In this document: positions 17,985 through 27,292 of the stretch, one piece after another | Numbering within the stretch: position 1 is the stretch's first letter | Layout: each line of letters opens with the position of its first letter | DNA from: Pseudobdellovibrionaceae bacterium | Lineage (GTDB): Bacteria; Bdellovibrionota; FAC87; UBA2466; JACKAF01 | DNA: 64,000 nt | Direction of reading: 5' to 3' | NCBI GenBank assembly: GCA_020635235.1 | Contig: JACKAF010000003.1 | Coordinates: forward strand, 76,051 to 140,050 | The notes under the pieces: model-generated | Database searches by the model: none | Told to the model about the DNA's origin: nothing | Seen by the model: the letters and a program-made list of their open reading frames with translations, nothing else | Program-made: the position numbers and the translations under genes

Positions 17985-18779
17985 CTAGCCTCCCTGACCT
18001 GCATTTTGAGTTCCGCGATCTTCAAAATAGTAGGCCAGGATTTCGGAATCCTTCCACTCCTGGATGTTTTCGGGCTTTGCGAATTCGGCGCTACGTACCA
18101 CACGCTCCGCGGGCAACAAAACGGAGAGCCGTCGATCGGCCCACTGAATAGAGGTCACCATGACCGTTGGCACAATACGCATTTCGCTCTTGAACCACGA
18201 CCCTGTGTTTACAACCAAATGGAGGAGATGACCGTTCTCAAGATCAAGGATCACATCCTCCACTTTTCCCACACGTTGACCGAGACCTTCCATGTGGTAC
18301 CCACAGATTTCATCCACGCTACGTAAGTGAGCCTCTTTCTTTTTTAGCCTCTTCTCCAAGGTCTCTGCGACCGGAACGGGCAAGTCTTCTCCGGGCATTC
18401 GATAGGGGTATAGGCGGATCGGGCTGATGGTGTCTGGGACCCAATATTGGGGCCAGCCATAATATCGGTGGAGTGCGTCCTCAAGCTGACGGGAAACCGG
18501 TTTTGCCATGTCAGCATTTGGGGCCGCCTGCACGTGCTCGGCGTTGAGTGCGAAGTCAATCACTCGGTCCGCTCTGTCAATTCCGCTCAGCGCGAGAGGG
18601 GAGAGCAGAACTTTTTTTCCCGGCAGCCATTTGTGGGTATCTACGACAAAGTAACGGGCCATCCAATGAATATCATCGAAGTAAATATCCTGAAGTTTAC
18701 CGAGAATTTTATTGTCGGACGTGCGGATATGGTAATCCCGAAGAGTCGAAAAAAACTCAATGTTCCTATTTTCGTACAT
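17985..18779 (-). CDS. PRC-barrel domain protein (two repeats)
   Basis: Two segments fit the PRC-barrel pattern: KLGKLQDIYFDDIHWMARYFVVDT and RVGKVEDVILDLENGHLLHLVVNT. AGGAGG lies upstream of the ATG. Confidence 0.6.
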   Translation of the reverse strand: MYENRNIEFFSTLRDYHIRTSDNKILGKLQDIYFDDIHWMARYFVVDTHKWLPGKKVLLSPLALSGIDRADRVIDFALNAEHVQAAPNADMAKPVSRQLEDALHRYYGWPQYWVPDTISPIRLYPYRMPGEDLPVPVAETLEKRLKKKEAHLRSVDEICGYHMEGLGQRVGKVEDVILDLENGHLLHLVVNTGSWFKSEMRIVPTVMVTSIQWADRRLSVLLPAERVVRSAEFAKPENIQEWKDSEILAYYFEDRGTQNAGQGG

Positions 18780-18824
18780 GGGCTGCGTCCTCCTAGTCTC
18801 TTAAGTTGTTCTGCCTTTCAAGAT

Positions 18825-18840
18825 TGCAAAGCGAGTGCCA
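18825..18840 (-). promoter_or_regulatory. sigma-54 promoter (-24/-12) for the PRC-barrel gene string
   Basis: Minus strand reads TGGCAC-TCGCT-TTGCA with exact GG-N10-GC spacing, about 45 nt upstream of the ATG at 18779. Confidence 0.6.
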
Positions 18841-18910
18841 CTGCGGCTGGAAAACTCAGGCACGGCCGTGCTACAGTTTGTGCCCTTTGGTTACGAGGAA
18901 GTTGCGCTTT

Positions 18911-18926
18911 GTAACCAATTTGTTAC
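18911..18926. promoter_or_regulatory. palindrome GTAAC-N6-GTTAC, candidate activator (UAS) site
   Basis: GTAACCAATTTGTTAC lies about 70-85 bp upstream of the 18825..18840 promoter, in the divergent region next to the activator gene. Confidence 0.25.
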
Positions 18927-18987
18927 AGTGGGCCCGTTTTTTAGCGATGGTGAAGGGCATTTCAGCGGTTTTTATGGAGGTAAGTGC

Positions 18988-20400
18988 TTGCCACCCTTAA
19001 ATATTTCCCAATATTCCGGTCAAATCCTTGTGGTTGACGATGATCCCATCGTTTCGAAGGCCATTGAAACAGAACTGGAAAAAGTTGGCTTTAGAGTAAG
19101 CCGCGCAAGTTCTTTCAGCGAAATGTGGGAGCGATTGGGTGAGCGCGTCTACGACGCTATTTTGCTCGATCTTTTTCTGGACGGGGAAGACGGCCTGCAA
19201 GAGTTGCCGGCGATAGTGCGAGAGTGTCCGTTTAGCAAAGTAGTGGTGATGTCCTCCTATGGCACTGTAGAGGTCGTAGTAGATGCAATGGAGATGGGTG
19301 CCACAACCTTTGTCAGTAAATCCGATGATCTGCGCGAAGTCGTTGCTTCGTTGAAAGAGCGCCTTTTGGGCAGTGTTCTTCCGGCCGACGAATATGTGAA
19401 CGTTGCCGATGGTACCCCACTTGGCATCATCGGTCGAAGCCCCGCCGTCCAAAAGCTGCTCGCGAAAATTAATCAGGTAAAAGATGTGGATTCTACGGTT
19501 CTGATAACGGGAGAATCGGGTACGGGCAAGGAGCTGGCAGCGCGCGCCATTCATCGCACCTCGATCCGGCACAAGAATCGCTTTGATGCGATCAACTGTG
19601 CTGCGATACCGGAAAATCTGCTGGAGTCTGAGCTCTTTGGGCACCGCCGGGGTGCCTTTACCGACGCAAAAACGGATCGCAAAGGGCTCTTCGAACTTTG
19701 CTCCGAAGGGACGCTGTTCTTGGACGAGGTAGGAGAGCTCCCGCTTCACCTGCAGGTTAAGTTGTTGCGTGCTCTCCAAGAGAAGGAAATTACCCCGCTC
19801 GGTTCAAGTACGTCTATTCCGGTAAACACACGAATTGTCGCAGCCACCAATAGACACCTTGTCGACCTTGTTCGCGACAGAATGTTCCGTGAAGATCTCT
19901 TTTATCGTCTAGCCGTCCTGCATATCGAATTGCCGCCCTTACGGGATCGGCGGGACGATATCCCGCTTCTGACGGAGCACTTTGTGCAAAAGTTTTGTAA
20001 GCGGTTTTCACGCAGGATTGCTCCCCCATCTGCAGAATTGCTTGCCCGTCTTCACGCCTACCACTGGCCCGGCAATGTACGTGAATTACAAAATGCCGTA
20101 GAGCGTGGGGTTGTTCTGGCGCGCACGGAAGATCTGCGATTTGAAGATATGTTCGACTCCGAGCTCCGTCCCGATCTCCGCGAGGCATCGGGAGCAGGCG
20201 GCGCGCAGCACCAGGAGGCGTTTTGGACGCACCCGCTTTCTGAAGCCAAGCAAGAATTCGAAAAAGAATACCTGAAGCATCTATTGGAGCAGACGCGGGG
20301 AAACATCTCCGAAGTCGCTCGCATCTCTGGTCGATACCGTACCGATGTCTACCGACTGCTATCCAAACACGGTGTTGATTGGGAAGACTTCCGTCCTTAG
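18988..20400 (+). CDS. sigma-54-dependent response regulator (NtrC family: REC + AAA+ + Fis-type HTH)
   Basis: REC (ILVVDDD...LLDLFL), Walker A GESGTGKE, sigma-54 contact loop GAFTDA (variant of GAFTGA), and a C-terminal HTH. The in-frame TTG at 18988 is preceded by GGAGG. The longer ORF start at 18835 would overlap the divergent sigma-54 promoter. Confidence 0.9.
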   Translation: MPPLNISQYSGQILVVDDDPIVSKAIETELEKVGFRVSRASSFSEMWERLGERVYDAILLDLFLDGEDGLQELPAIVRECPFSKVVVMSSYGTVEVVVDAMEMGATTFVSKSDDLREVVASLKERLLGSVLPADEYVNVADGTPLGIIGRSPAVQKLLAKINQVKDVDSTVLITGESGTGKELAARAIHRTSIRHKNRFDAINCAAIPENLLESELFGHRRGAFTDAKTDRKGLFELCSEGTLFLDEVGELPLHLQVKLLRALQEKEITPLGSSTSIPVNTRIVAATNRHLVDLVRDRMFREDLFYRLAVLHIELPPLRDRRDDIPLLTEHFVQKFCKRFSRRIAPPSAELLARLHAYHWPGNVRELQNAVERGVVLARTEDLRFEDMFDSELRPDLREASGAGGAQHQEAFWTHPLSEAKQEFEKEYLKHLLEQTRGNISEVARISGRYRTDVYRLLSKHGVDWEDFRP

Positions 20401-20407
20401 ACAGTCC

Positions 20408-20423
20408 TGGACTGGATCTTGCA
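20408..20423 (+). promoter_or_regulatory. sigma-54 promoter candidate for the 20449 gene
   Basis: TGGACT-GGATC-TTGCA with exact GG-N10-GC spacing, in the 48-nt gap after the activator gene. Confidence 0.45.
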
Positions 20424-20448
20424 AGTCCGTGACAAGTAGGAATTTGCA

Positions 20449-22335
20449 ATGGCTAACTTTAATAGTTTCAGGGTTCACGCCCGCAAATGGATTTTGGGAC
20501 TGGCATCAGCTTACTTATTGTACATAGCAGCGAGCGTGCTGTTACTGAATGGTGCATTTGTTCGTAACCAGGTAAACAATCACTGGAACGATGGCTATAT
20601 AGATTACCGCTGGGCCTGGTCACCGTTCCCGGGAGCTCTCGAGATTCATGGCTTTGAGCTGCGCCATGAAGATCAAAACGTTCATTGGCACCTGACAATG
20701 GATCGTCTTTGGACGGCAGTGGAGTTTAGCGACCTCCTATTTTCCAATCTAAGTTTTGAAGAAGTTATTGGGACGGATGTCGGCTTCCATTTTTACGAGA
20801 AGCGCTTGCGTAGTGATAAACGCTGGGCCAGATATTTGCCCTCGGTTCCCCCCGTCCCTGGTAGAAAGGCGTTTGTACCACCAAAGCACAAAAAGTACCC
20901 GCTCCCGGCGAATCCGTGGCAAGTACGTGTCAGAGGAATCAAACTCCGAGGCTTCAAAGAGCTATGGTTTGATCAGTTTCGTTACCGGGGGCAGCTAAAT
21001 ATTGGCGGTGAATTTGTACTTGCGCCACAAATACGTGTTGGAGTTGGGCCGGTAAAACTGGGTGCCCAATCAGGTGAGCTGTTCATCGGCGAGCGGCCCA
21101 TTGCTACCGGGATCGCGCTTGATCTATCCGGGAAAATTATTCCCTTTCCGGCCGATTGCGTGCCCGGCAACCGAATTTTTCACTATATTAATGCGAGGTC
21201 CGATCTTCTTGCTAATGGTGATTTGGCAAACGCCTTGAACCTTTACCTAAGTGGCAAGTGGCCAATGGTCGCGCATTCTGGCGAGGGGAAGCTCCAGGCG
21301 GGCGTGCTGATGGAAAGAGGGGAATTCAAGAATCCCAGCCGAGTGTCGTTTGCCTCAAAGGATATGGAGTTTTCCTTAGCCTCGGCCCGAATAATGGGGG
21401 AGGCGGAGTTTTTGTGGGAGGTAGAAAAGAATTTTGGGAGGTACCGCGTTGAATTTGCTGATTTTAAGATGGCAAACTGGCGCCGGAAGGCCGAACGCCC
21501 ACTTCTTTCCGGAAATTACCTCCACCTCAGCGGTAGCCATTTGGGCGTCTCGATGGAGAGCGGTTTCGCGCAGGGAGGGCGGCGAAAGCTGTTGCTTAAG
21601 AACGCCAAACTGGATTTGCAAGCGGTGCAGTCTTTCCTTCCTCGGCAAACCCCGGTCCAGTTTCTTGACGGGGATGCGCGACTGAACCTGGATATCCGTG
21701 GTGCCGCTGACGGATTGGACGAAGGAAGATTGGAACTCCAAGCAAGAAAAACCCAAGTGCAGTACAAGAAAACCCGGCTTGTCGGCGATTTGTCGCTAAA
21801 GACGGACATCATGGCGGATTCTTTGCCTTCGGGTGATTTGAGTCTTGGTAACCTTGAAGTTGGGGTGAATAATTTTTCCGTGCGGCAATCGCAGACGGAA
21901 ATGTCTTCCCGCTGGTGGGGCAAGGTCAACGTTATGGCGGGCGCCGTGAATCTTGGAAAGAAACCTGTAGTAGTGCTGCCTGCGAAGTTTGCCCTAAAAA
22001 ACGCTGCCCCGCTACTTGCGGTTTTTGGTTTGGACAACAAGATCCCTGGGTTTGTGGAAGACGCTTTGACTGAAGAAGGGCTTCGGGGCGCCGCAACCGT
22101 GAAAATTGACCACGATCTATTTTCAGTGAACGAGGCGTGGGTGAAGAATGAGCGCCTTGAGTTGCGAGGCCGCTACCAAAGTGCTCCTTGGGACACGCGC
22201 GGTGTCTTGCTAGCGAAGTGGGAACCGTTCGCTGTCGGGCTTGAGGTGGTCGGGAAACAAACCCACCTGGTGCTTAACGATGCCATCGATTGGTATAGAA
22301 AATACCCGCCTCTAAGCGAACCCAAAGTTGAGTAA
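20449..22335 (+). CDS. membrane-anchored large hypothetical protein (AsmA/DUF748-like N-terminus?)
   Basis: 628 aa with an N-terminal anchor WILGLASAYLLYIAASVLLL followed by a long beta-rich region. The family assignment is tentative. Confidence 0.5.
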   Translation: MANFNSFRVHARKWILGLASAYLLYIAASVLLLNGAFVRNQVNNHWNDGYIDYRWAWSPFPGALEIHGFELRHEDQNVHWHLTMDRLWTAVEFSDLLFSNLSFEEVIGTDVGFHFYEKRLRSDKRWARYLPSVPPVPGRKAFVPPKHKKYPLPANPWQVRVRGIKLRGFKELWFDQFRYRGQLNIGGEFVLAPQIRVGVGPVKLGAQSGELFIGERPIATGIALDLSGKIIPFPADCVPGNRIFHYINARSDLLANGDLANALNLYLSGKWPMVAHSGEGKLQAGVLMERGEFKNPSRVSFASKDMEFSLASARIMGEAEFLWEVEKNFGRYRVEFADFKMANWRRKAERPLLSGNYLHLSGSHLGVSMESGFAQGGRRKLLLKNAKLDLQAVQSFLPRQTPVQFLDGDARLNLDIRGAADGLDEGRLELQARKTQVQYKKTRLVGDLSLKTDIMADSLPSGDLSLGNLEVGVNNFSVRQSQTEMSSRWWGKVNVMAGAVNLGKKPVVVLPAKFALKNAAPLLAVFGLDNKIPGFVEDALTEEGLRGAATVKIDHDLFSVNEAWVKNERLELRGRYQSAPWDTRGVLLAKWEPFAVGLEVVGKQTHLVLNDAIDWYRKYPPLSEPKVE

Positions 22336-22339
22336 CAAT

Positions 22340-22355
22340 TGGTACCATCTTTGCA
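22340..22355 (+). promoter_or_regulatory. sigma-54 promoter candidate for the SOD-family gene
   Basis: TGGTAC-CATCT-TTGCA with exact spacing, about 55 nt upstream of ATG 22411. Confidence 0.45.
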
Positions 22356-22410
22356 ATATTACTCTGTAGAGATTGTAAAAATGTATCCAATTGCAACAAG
22401 GAGGTTCTAA

Positions 22411-23070
22411 ATGTCTTATGAGGCGCGTGACTACACGCATTTGCTTGGCAATCTTCCAGGATTCAGTGATGAACAGCTGAAAGCTCACCTCGAACTCTAC
22501 CGAGGCTATGTAAAAGGCACGAACGAAATTATCGACAAATTGGAAAACCGCGATAGAAAGGCGGCTGCCTACGCGTTTGGTGAGTACAGCGAGTTGAAGC
22601 GTCGGTTACCAGTGGCTTACAACGGCATGTGGTTGCACGAGTTGTACTTTGACAATCTAAAACCAGATGTCGATGACGATGGCAGCTTCAGAGAGGCAGT
22701 CCAGAAACAGTGGTCTAGTGTAAAAGATTGGAAAGAAGGTGTTGTTGCGACCGCCAAGACCGGGCCCGGTTGGGTGATTACAGCTCTGGAACAGACAACG
22801 CACCAACTGCGGACCGTCTTCGTTGCCGAACACCATATAGGATGGATGGCTAACCACACACCAATCATGGTTCTCGATATGTGGGAACACGCCTACATGA
22901 TCGATTTTGGGATAGAAAAAACGGCCTACCTAAATGCTTTCATGGAGAACCTAAATTGGGAGATTCTTGACCGGCGCTACAGAGCTGCCGCGGCGGAGGT
23001 TCACAAAAACGTCAGTGACGCCCCGAGAAATCTAAACTACGTTCACGCGGCAGGAGGCGGAATAGGCTAA
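22411..23070 (+). CDS. Fe/Mn-family superoxide dismutase
   Basis: Metal-ligand contexts KAHLELY, WLHELYF and DMWEHAY. AAGGAGG lies upstream of the ATG. Confidence 0.8.
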   Translation: MSYEARDYTHLLGNLPGFSDEQLKAHLELYRGYVKGTNEIIDKLENRDRKAAAYAFGEYSELKRRLPVAYNGMWLHELYFDNLKPDVDDDGSFREAVQKQWSSVKDWKEGVVATAKTGPGWVITALEQTTHQLRTVFVAEHHIGWMANHTPIMVLDMWEHAYMIDFGIEKTAYLNAFMENLNWEILDRRYRAAAAEVHKNVSDAPRNLNYVHAAGGGIG

Positions 23071-23071
23071 T

Positions 23072-24133
23072 ATGGCGCGATCTAATAGTCAGGCACCAAA
23101 CAATCATATCTTTGCTCAGCGGGTGGGACTGGGGATCTTTTTTGTAATCCTACTTTTCCTCACCCGTGAGTTTCTGGCTCCTTTGGCGGTCGGAGCGATC
23201 TTTACCGTCGTTTTCTTTCCGCTCTATGAGCGTCTCCGGAAAAAGTTTAAGGAAGGTCCAAGGCAACGTCGCCTGGCTTCGGCTCTTACGACCGCACTCT
23301 TTTGTTTAAGCGTGCTGTTGCCCCTGGGGGGGATGATTTTTGCAGGTGCGGACGCCGGACTGGATCAACTCGAGGCGCTCAAAAAGACTTCGGAACAAAA
23401 TGGTGGGGATCTATCGAGTTGGATGGATTCTTTGCACATTGCTGAGAAAATTTCGCAGTGGTTACCCATGGAGGAAGAACAGCTTAACGAGTCTTTGAAG
23501 GCCGGGCTTGGCGCCGTCGCCGGAGGACTCGCCAAACTCCTGCAAGCGGTACTGGCTCAAATTCCGTACGTACTGGTTTCGGGTTTGGTAGTTTTGCTGG
23601 CGGTCTATTTTCTGCTCATAGACGGCGAGCGAAGTGTGCAGCTGATACAGGAACGTTCTCCGTTCCCAAAACGCCAAACGTCTATCGTCCTTAAGTCTGT
23701 GCGGGCCTCATGCAATTCGGCGATCTTGGCCTCGCTGGTAACTGGCCTCATTCAAGCGCTGTTGATGGTGCTTGCCGCCATAATTTTTGGCGTACCCAAC
23801 GTGGTGTTGATCGGACTAGGCACCTTTATTTCTTCGCTCGTCCCACTTCTCGGAACTGCGCCGATCACGCTGGGCATTGCCTTAATGTTTTTTATTGAGG
23901 GCGCGAGTGGCAAAGCCATCGGAATCCTTCTGGTAGGTGTTTTTGTCGGGATTGTTGATAATTTTGTTCGTCCTCAGTTGGTGCGAAGCGGGACCCGCAT
24001 CCACCCATTGAGCGCGTTTGTGTTTACGTTCGGTGCGGTGAGTACCATCGGTTTTTATGGGCTCTTTATTGGGCCGGTCGCTGCAGGGATTCTATCAGCG
24101 ATGATCCGTTCGTGGCGGGAAAACGGGGCTTGA
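23072..24133 (+). CDS. AI-2E family transporter (PerM/UPF0118)
   Basis: 353 aa with about 8 TM spans. The C-terminal motif ...DNFVRPQLV... is typical of the family. Confidence 0.8.
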   Translation: MARSNSQAPNNHIFAQRVGLGIFFVILLFLTREFLAPLAVGAIFTVVFFPLYERLRKKFKEGPRQRRLASALTTALFCLSVLLPLGGMIFAGADAGLDQLEALKKTSEQNGGDLSSWMDSLHIAEKISQWLPMEEEQLNESLKAGLGAVAGGLAKLLQAVLAQIPYVLVSGLVVLLAVYFLLIDGERSVQLIQERSPFPKRQTSIVLKSVRASCNSAILASLVTGLIQALLMVLAAIIFGVPNVVLIGLGTFISSLVPLLGTAPITLGIALMFFIEGASGKAIGILLVGVFVGIVDNFVRPQLVRSGTRIHPLSAFVFTFGAVSTIGFYGLFIGPVAAGILSAMIRSWRENGA

Positions 24134-24167
24134 GGGGACTTGCCCCTCAAGCTCAAAACCGTCTGAT

Positions 24168-24359
24168 TTAGTGGCTTTCACCGGTGGCTTCGTCCATTTC
24201 TTCACCGGCGGCTTCGCCCGCTTCCTTCATGGCGTCGCCGGCTTCTTCAACGGCATTCTCCATATGTTCTTCCGCTTTTTCGGCCGGACTCTTCTTCACG
24301 CAAGCCGGAAAAGCAGAAAGGAATAACAGACCAACTAGGCTAACCAGAACCATCTTCAT
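24168..24359 (-). CDS. small acidic secreted protein / probable lipoprotein
   Basis: ATG 24359 is preceded by AGGAGG. Sequence is MKMVLVSLVGLLFLSAFPAC followed by an E/A-rich tail; 63 aa. Confidence 0.55.
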   Translation of the reverse strand: MKMVLVSLVGLLFLSAFPACVKKSPAEKAEEHMENAVEEAGDAMKEAGEAAGEEMDEATGESH

Positions 24360-24652
24360 AAGTAGTAACCTCCTAATAGTAGCCCTTAAGCAAACTGGTT
24401 TTGCACAAGGAGCGCACATTCTATATCACGTTTTTTCATCGATGAAAGAGACATTCTGAGACCATCGAGGTCCCATTTGGTTCTCGGGCGTGTCCGATTT
24501 CCTAAGCCGCAGAGACTGGCTTGGCCTTAGGCCCAAGGATTGACAACCTGAGTCGATCCACGCTCTCATCAAGGTAGCCGTTCAACTTGAAAATCGGTCG
24601 GGAGCGCGAGGTTGTCGTGATGCGCCCCGGTCGGGCACTACCAGGGGGACTC

Positions 24653-26101
24653 ATGCGTCTGCTTTCGCGTTTGTTGTTTGTAGCTTTGTGCTTTGGTGCG
24701 TTTGCACCTCTGCTCCGGGCACAGAATGCCGCCCGCGAGTTTTACAGCGAATATAGTCGTCCCAACGACGATCGTTTCCAAAATGCTGCGGGTGGATCGG
24801 GAGAGCCTTACGAAGTTTCGCGAATTCGCATCACACTCGTTGCTACCCCTACCAATAATGGCCACCAATTAAGTCTGCGTTGGGTCTCCAAGATGGTGAC
24901 CGGCCGACACGTCGAGGCCGGTAAGCACGTGGTGCTGCGGGAGTCTCGCAGCAGCCTGAAAGGTGAAACCGAGATCTTGGATCCCGGAAGGCGCAAAGAA
25001 GAAGTTATCCGAGACCTTGAGATCGTTTACCCGAAGGGAGTGGACGCCAACTCATCAATTGAGGACAAGATTGGGAGCGAGCTGAAAACCTCGCTCGTTT
25101 TGGGTGAAGTGACCGAGGACGGCGAATACTCTGGCGATCTTCAAATGCGTACCCGCGCTTCTCAGAAGGGAGATTTGATTACAGAGAGCTCACAAGGTGT
25201 AACCCATTTTGTCGGACAGAAGGTTTCCGTATTTCACAACATTAGCTGGAAGGTAAAAATTGAAAACGGCAAGGCAATTGACGGCGAGGTTAAGGCCGCC
25301 CGCCCGACCGTGCCGCAACTGAAGCTTGTGGATAGCAACTGCTTGTATTGTGATTCGGAACTCAAAGAAAATCAGCCCTACCCCAAGCAGCCCAAAGCCG
25401 CCAAGTGCAAAAGCGAAACCGTAGGGCACAAGGGCGAAGAGATTGCGGAAGAGACCGAGTATGACAAGTTACAAAAGCGTATGGCCAAGCTGATCGACGC
25501 CGCGGGGTGCACCAACTGCCACGGTGAGGGGAGTGCGGCTAATTTTCGCTTTTGTGACGACGGGACTCCAATCTACCCGAAAGAGGATGCCCATAACATT
25601 TACGCGCTACTCACCAACGCCAAAGAAGTGAAGTGGGACCGCTATCCGTCTGGAATGAAGGAGGCAGTAGACGATTTGCGCGAGGCGGAAAAAGAGAGTC
25701 ACTCCATTTCTGCCTGGGCTTACAAGACCGGCGTAGCACCGGGTTTGGACGTGGTCTTCGCAAAAGGAGTGGTGTGTACCTATACCTTGCGGTTTTCTAC
25801 GCTTAGTGGAAAGGCGGTTTACGAAGCGGCAATGGACGCTCCACCTAGCGAGGGGGACTTTAACTCCGCGCTATCGAAATCCTGTTCGGACTGCCTACGC
25901 CAGCTACGCAATAAGAAAATCGAGCTTTTGGACAAGGGAATCTCGTTTGCGTCCTATGGATGCGTTCTCACGCGGGAAAGTTGCCAGGACGCAGCAGCCG
26001 GAACGCGTTTCACAATTGGGTCGCGGTCTTTGCGCAAAGCGCTCGCTAGCGTTGCGGACGAAAACACGGACTTGATTAGCTATTGTCGGACGGACGAATA
26101 A
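24653..26101 (+). CDS. secreted CXXCH-motif protein (paralog A), unknown function
   Basis: ATG 24653 is preceded by AGGGGGA. It has a signal peptide (LLFVALCFGAFAPLLRA) and a single CTNCH motif. It is collinear with 32803..34206. Confidence 0.7.
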   Translation: MRLLSRLLFVALCFGAFAPLLRAQNAAREFYSEYSRPNDDRFQNAAGGSGEPYEVSRIRITLVATPTNNGHQLSLRWVSKMVTGRHVEAGKHVVLRESRSSLKGETEILDPGRRKEEVIRDLEIVYPKGVDANSSIEDKIGSELKTSLVLGEVTEDGEYSGDLQMRTRASQKGDLITESSQGVTHFVGQKVSVFHNISWKVKIENGKAIDGEVKAARPTVPQLKLVDSNCLYCDSELKENQPYPKQPKAAKCKSETVGHKGEEIAEETEYDKLQKRMAKLIDAAGCTNCHGEGSAANFRFCDDGTPIYPKEDAHNIYALLTNAKEVKWDRYPSGMKEAVDDLREAEKESHSISAWAYKTGVAPGLDVVFAKGVVCTYTLRFSTLSGKAVYEAAMDAPPSEGDFNSALSKSCSDCLRQLRNKKIELLDKGISFASYGCVLTRESCQDAAAGTRFTIGSRSLRKALASVADENTDLISYCRTDE

Positions 26102-26270
26102 GTAGGTTCGTGGAATCTTTCCTAGAGTCGGTGAACCAGTCCGATGTTTGCGAGAGAGCTTTGTTTGATACCGCTCCCAGAAAGTAATGGGTTTTGTCTT
26201 TCTCCGCGGCTTCTAGTGAGAACGGAGTGGACATCGCCGCCCAACAGAGCAAAACCAACAAAACTTTCAT
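26076..26270 (-). CDS. small secreted hypothetical protein
   Basis: ATG 26270 follows GGGGG. Signal peptide MKVLLVLLCWAAMSTPFSLEA. It overlaps the 3' end of paralog A convergently; weak call. Confidence 0.3.
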   Translation of the reverse strand: MKVLLVLLCWAAMSTPFSLEAAEKDKTHYFLGAVSNKALSQTSDWFTDSRKDSTNLLIRPSDNS

Positions 26271-26359
26271 TTTTTCCCCCATTGAAAAAGTGTACCCCCC
26301 GTGTGCCGGGGATACAAAAATTCTTTCTCTTTTCAAGCATACCAGTGTAACTCCATTGG

Positions 26360-27292
26360 ATGGGGGAAAAAGACGCCATTCTGATTAGTAAAGAACTCAA
26401 AAAGAATTACGGCAAACTCGTCGCTGTAGACGGGGTTTCGCTTGAAATTCAACCGGGCCAGTGTGTCGGGCTTTTGGGGCCCAACGGCGCAGGAAAATCG
26501 ACATTTATAGGCATGGTCTACGGGGCGACACCCCGCTCCGGTGGCGAACTAAGTGTTTTTGGTTTGGATCCTCAGACAAATAGCCGCGACATCAAGAAGC
26601 GAGTCGGGGTCGTAACGCAAGAAGACTGCTTGGACGAGGCCATGACCGTTCAAGAAAACATGTCAATGTTTGCCCGCTTTAGCGGCGTCCCAAGCCACGA
26701 GATAGAAAGGCGGGTGCGCAAGCTCTTGGAGTTTATGGCGCTTGATCACAAGAGAGACGCTTCCATTCGGGCGCTCTCAGGTGGAATGAAGCGGCGCTTG
26801 GTCTTTGTGCGAGCGTTGCTGGCGCAGCCTGAGCTCATTATTCTAGATGAACCCACTACGGGTCTCGATCCGGCGGTAAGGCACTTGCTTTGGGAAAAAG
26901 TGTTGGAGCTCAAAGAGGCCGGCACCACTATCCTATTGACGACGCATTATATGGATGAGGCAGAAAGGCTTTGTGAGCGGCTCATAATTATGGACCAAGG
27001 CAAGATTCGTGAAGACGCTCCCCCGCGGGAACTGATTGAGCGGCATTGTCCCGGATACGTGGCTCATTTCAGGAATCGGGAAGTGGGCAACACGCTACAC
27101 CATTACCTGAGTGAGCACCCGGAAGGTGTCGTGTACGAAGATTCTGCTGGGGTCGGTGTAAGAGGTCCAGACTTACCTTGGATTAGTGCAATGGTTTCAA
27201 AAATTGAAACCGCACCCGAAGTAGTACGTCCCGCGAATTTGGAGGATGTTTTTTTGAAAATTACTGGAAGAGGGCTTGGCAGCCATGCTTGA
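26360..27292 (+). CDS. ABC transporter ATP-binding protein (ABC-2/DrrA/NodI-like)
   Basis: Walker A GPNGAGKST, signature LSGGMKRR, Walker B IILDEPTTGLD. Confidence 0.9.
   Translation: MGEKDAILISKELKKNYGKLVAVDGVSLEIQPGQCVGLLGPNGAGKSTFIGMVYGATPRSGGELSVFGLDPQTNSRDIKKRVGVVTQEDCLDEAMTVQENMSMFARFSGVPSHEIERRVRKLLEFMALDHKRDASIRALSGGMKRRLVFVRALLAQPELIILDEPTTGLDPAVRHLLWEKVLELKEAGTTILLTTHYMDEAERLCERLIIMDQGKIREDAPPRELIERHCPGYVAHFRNREVGNTLHHYLSEHPEGVVYEDSAGVGVRGPDLPWISAMVSKIETAPEVVRPANLEDVFLKITGRGLGSHA

Noticed and set aside
18859-18873. GGCACG-GCCG-TGCT, looked at as another sigma-54 promoter on the plus strand.
   Set aside because: The GC element is one nucleotide too close to the GG (GG-N9-GC). The sequence is better described as the 12-bp palindrome GCACGGCCGTGC.
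18835-18987. 51-aa N-terminal extension of the first sigma-54 activator (ORF-track start 18835).
   Set aside because: It would overlap the divergent sigma-54 promoter and adds no recognisable domain. An in-frame TTG at 18988 with a GGAGG SD sits just before the receiver domain.
24131-24147. Hairpin GAGGGG-acttg-CCCCTC between convergent genes, looked at as a terminator.
   Set aside because: The stem is only 6 bp and there is no U-tract on either strand. That is too weak to call.
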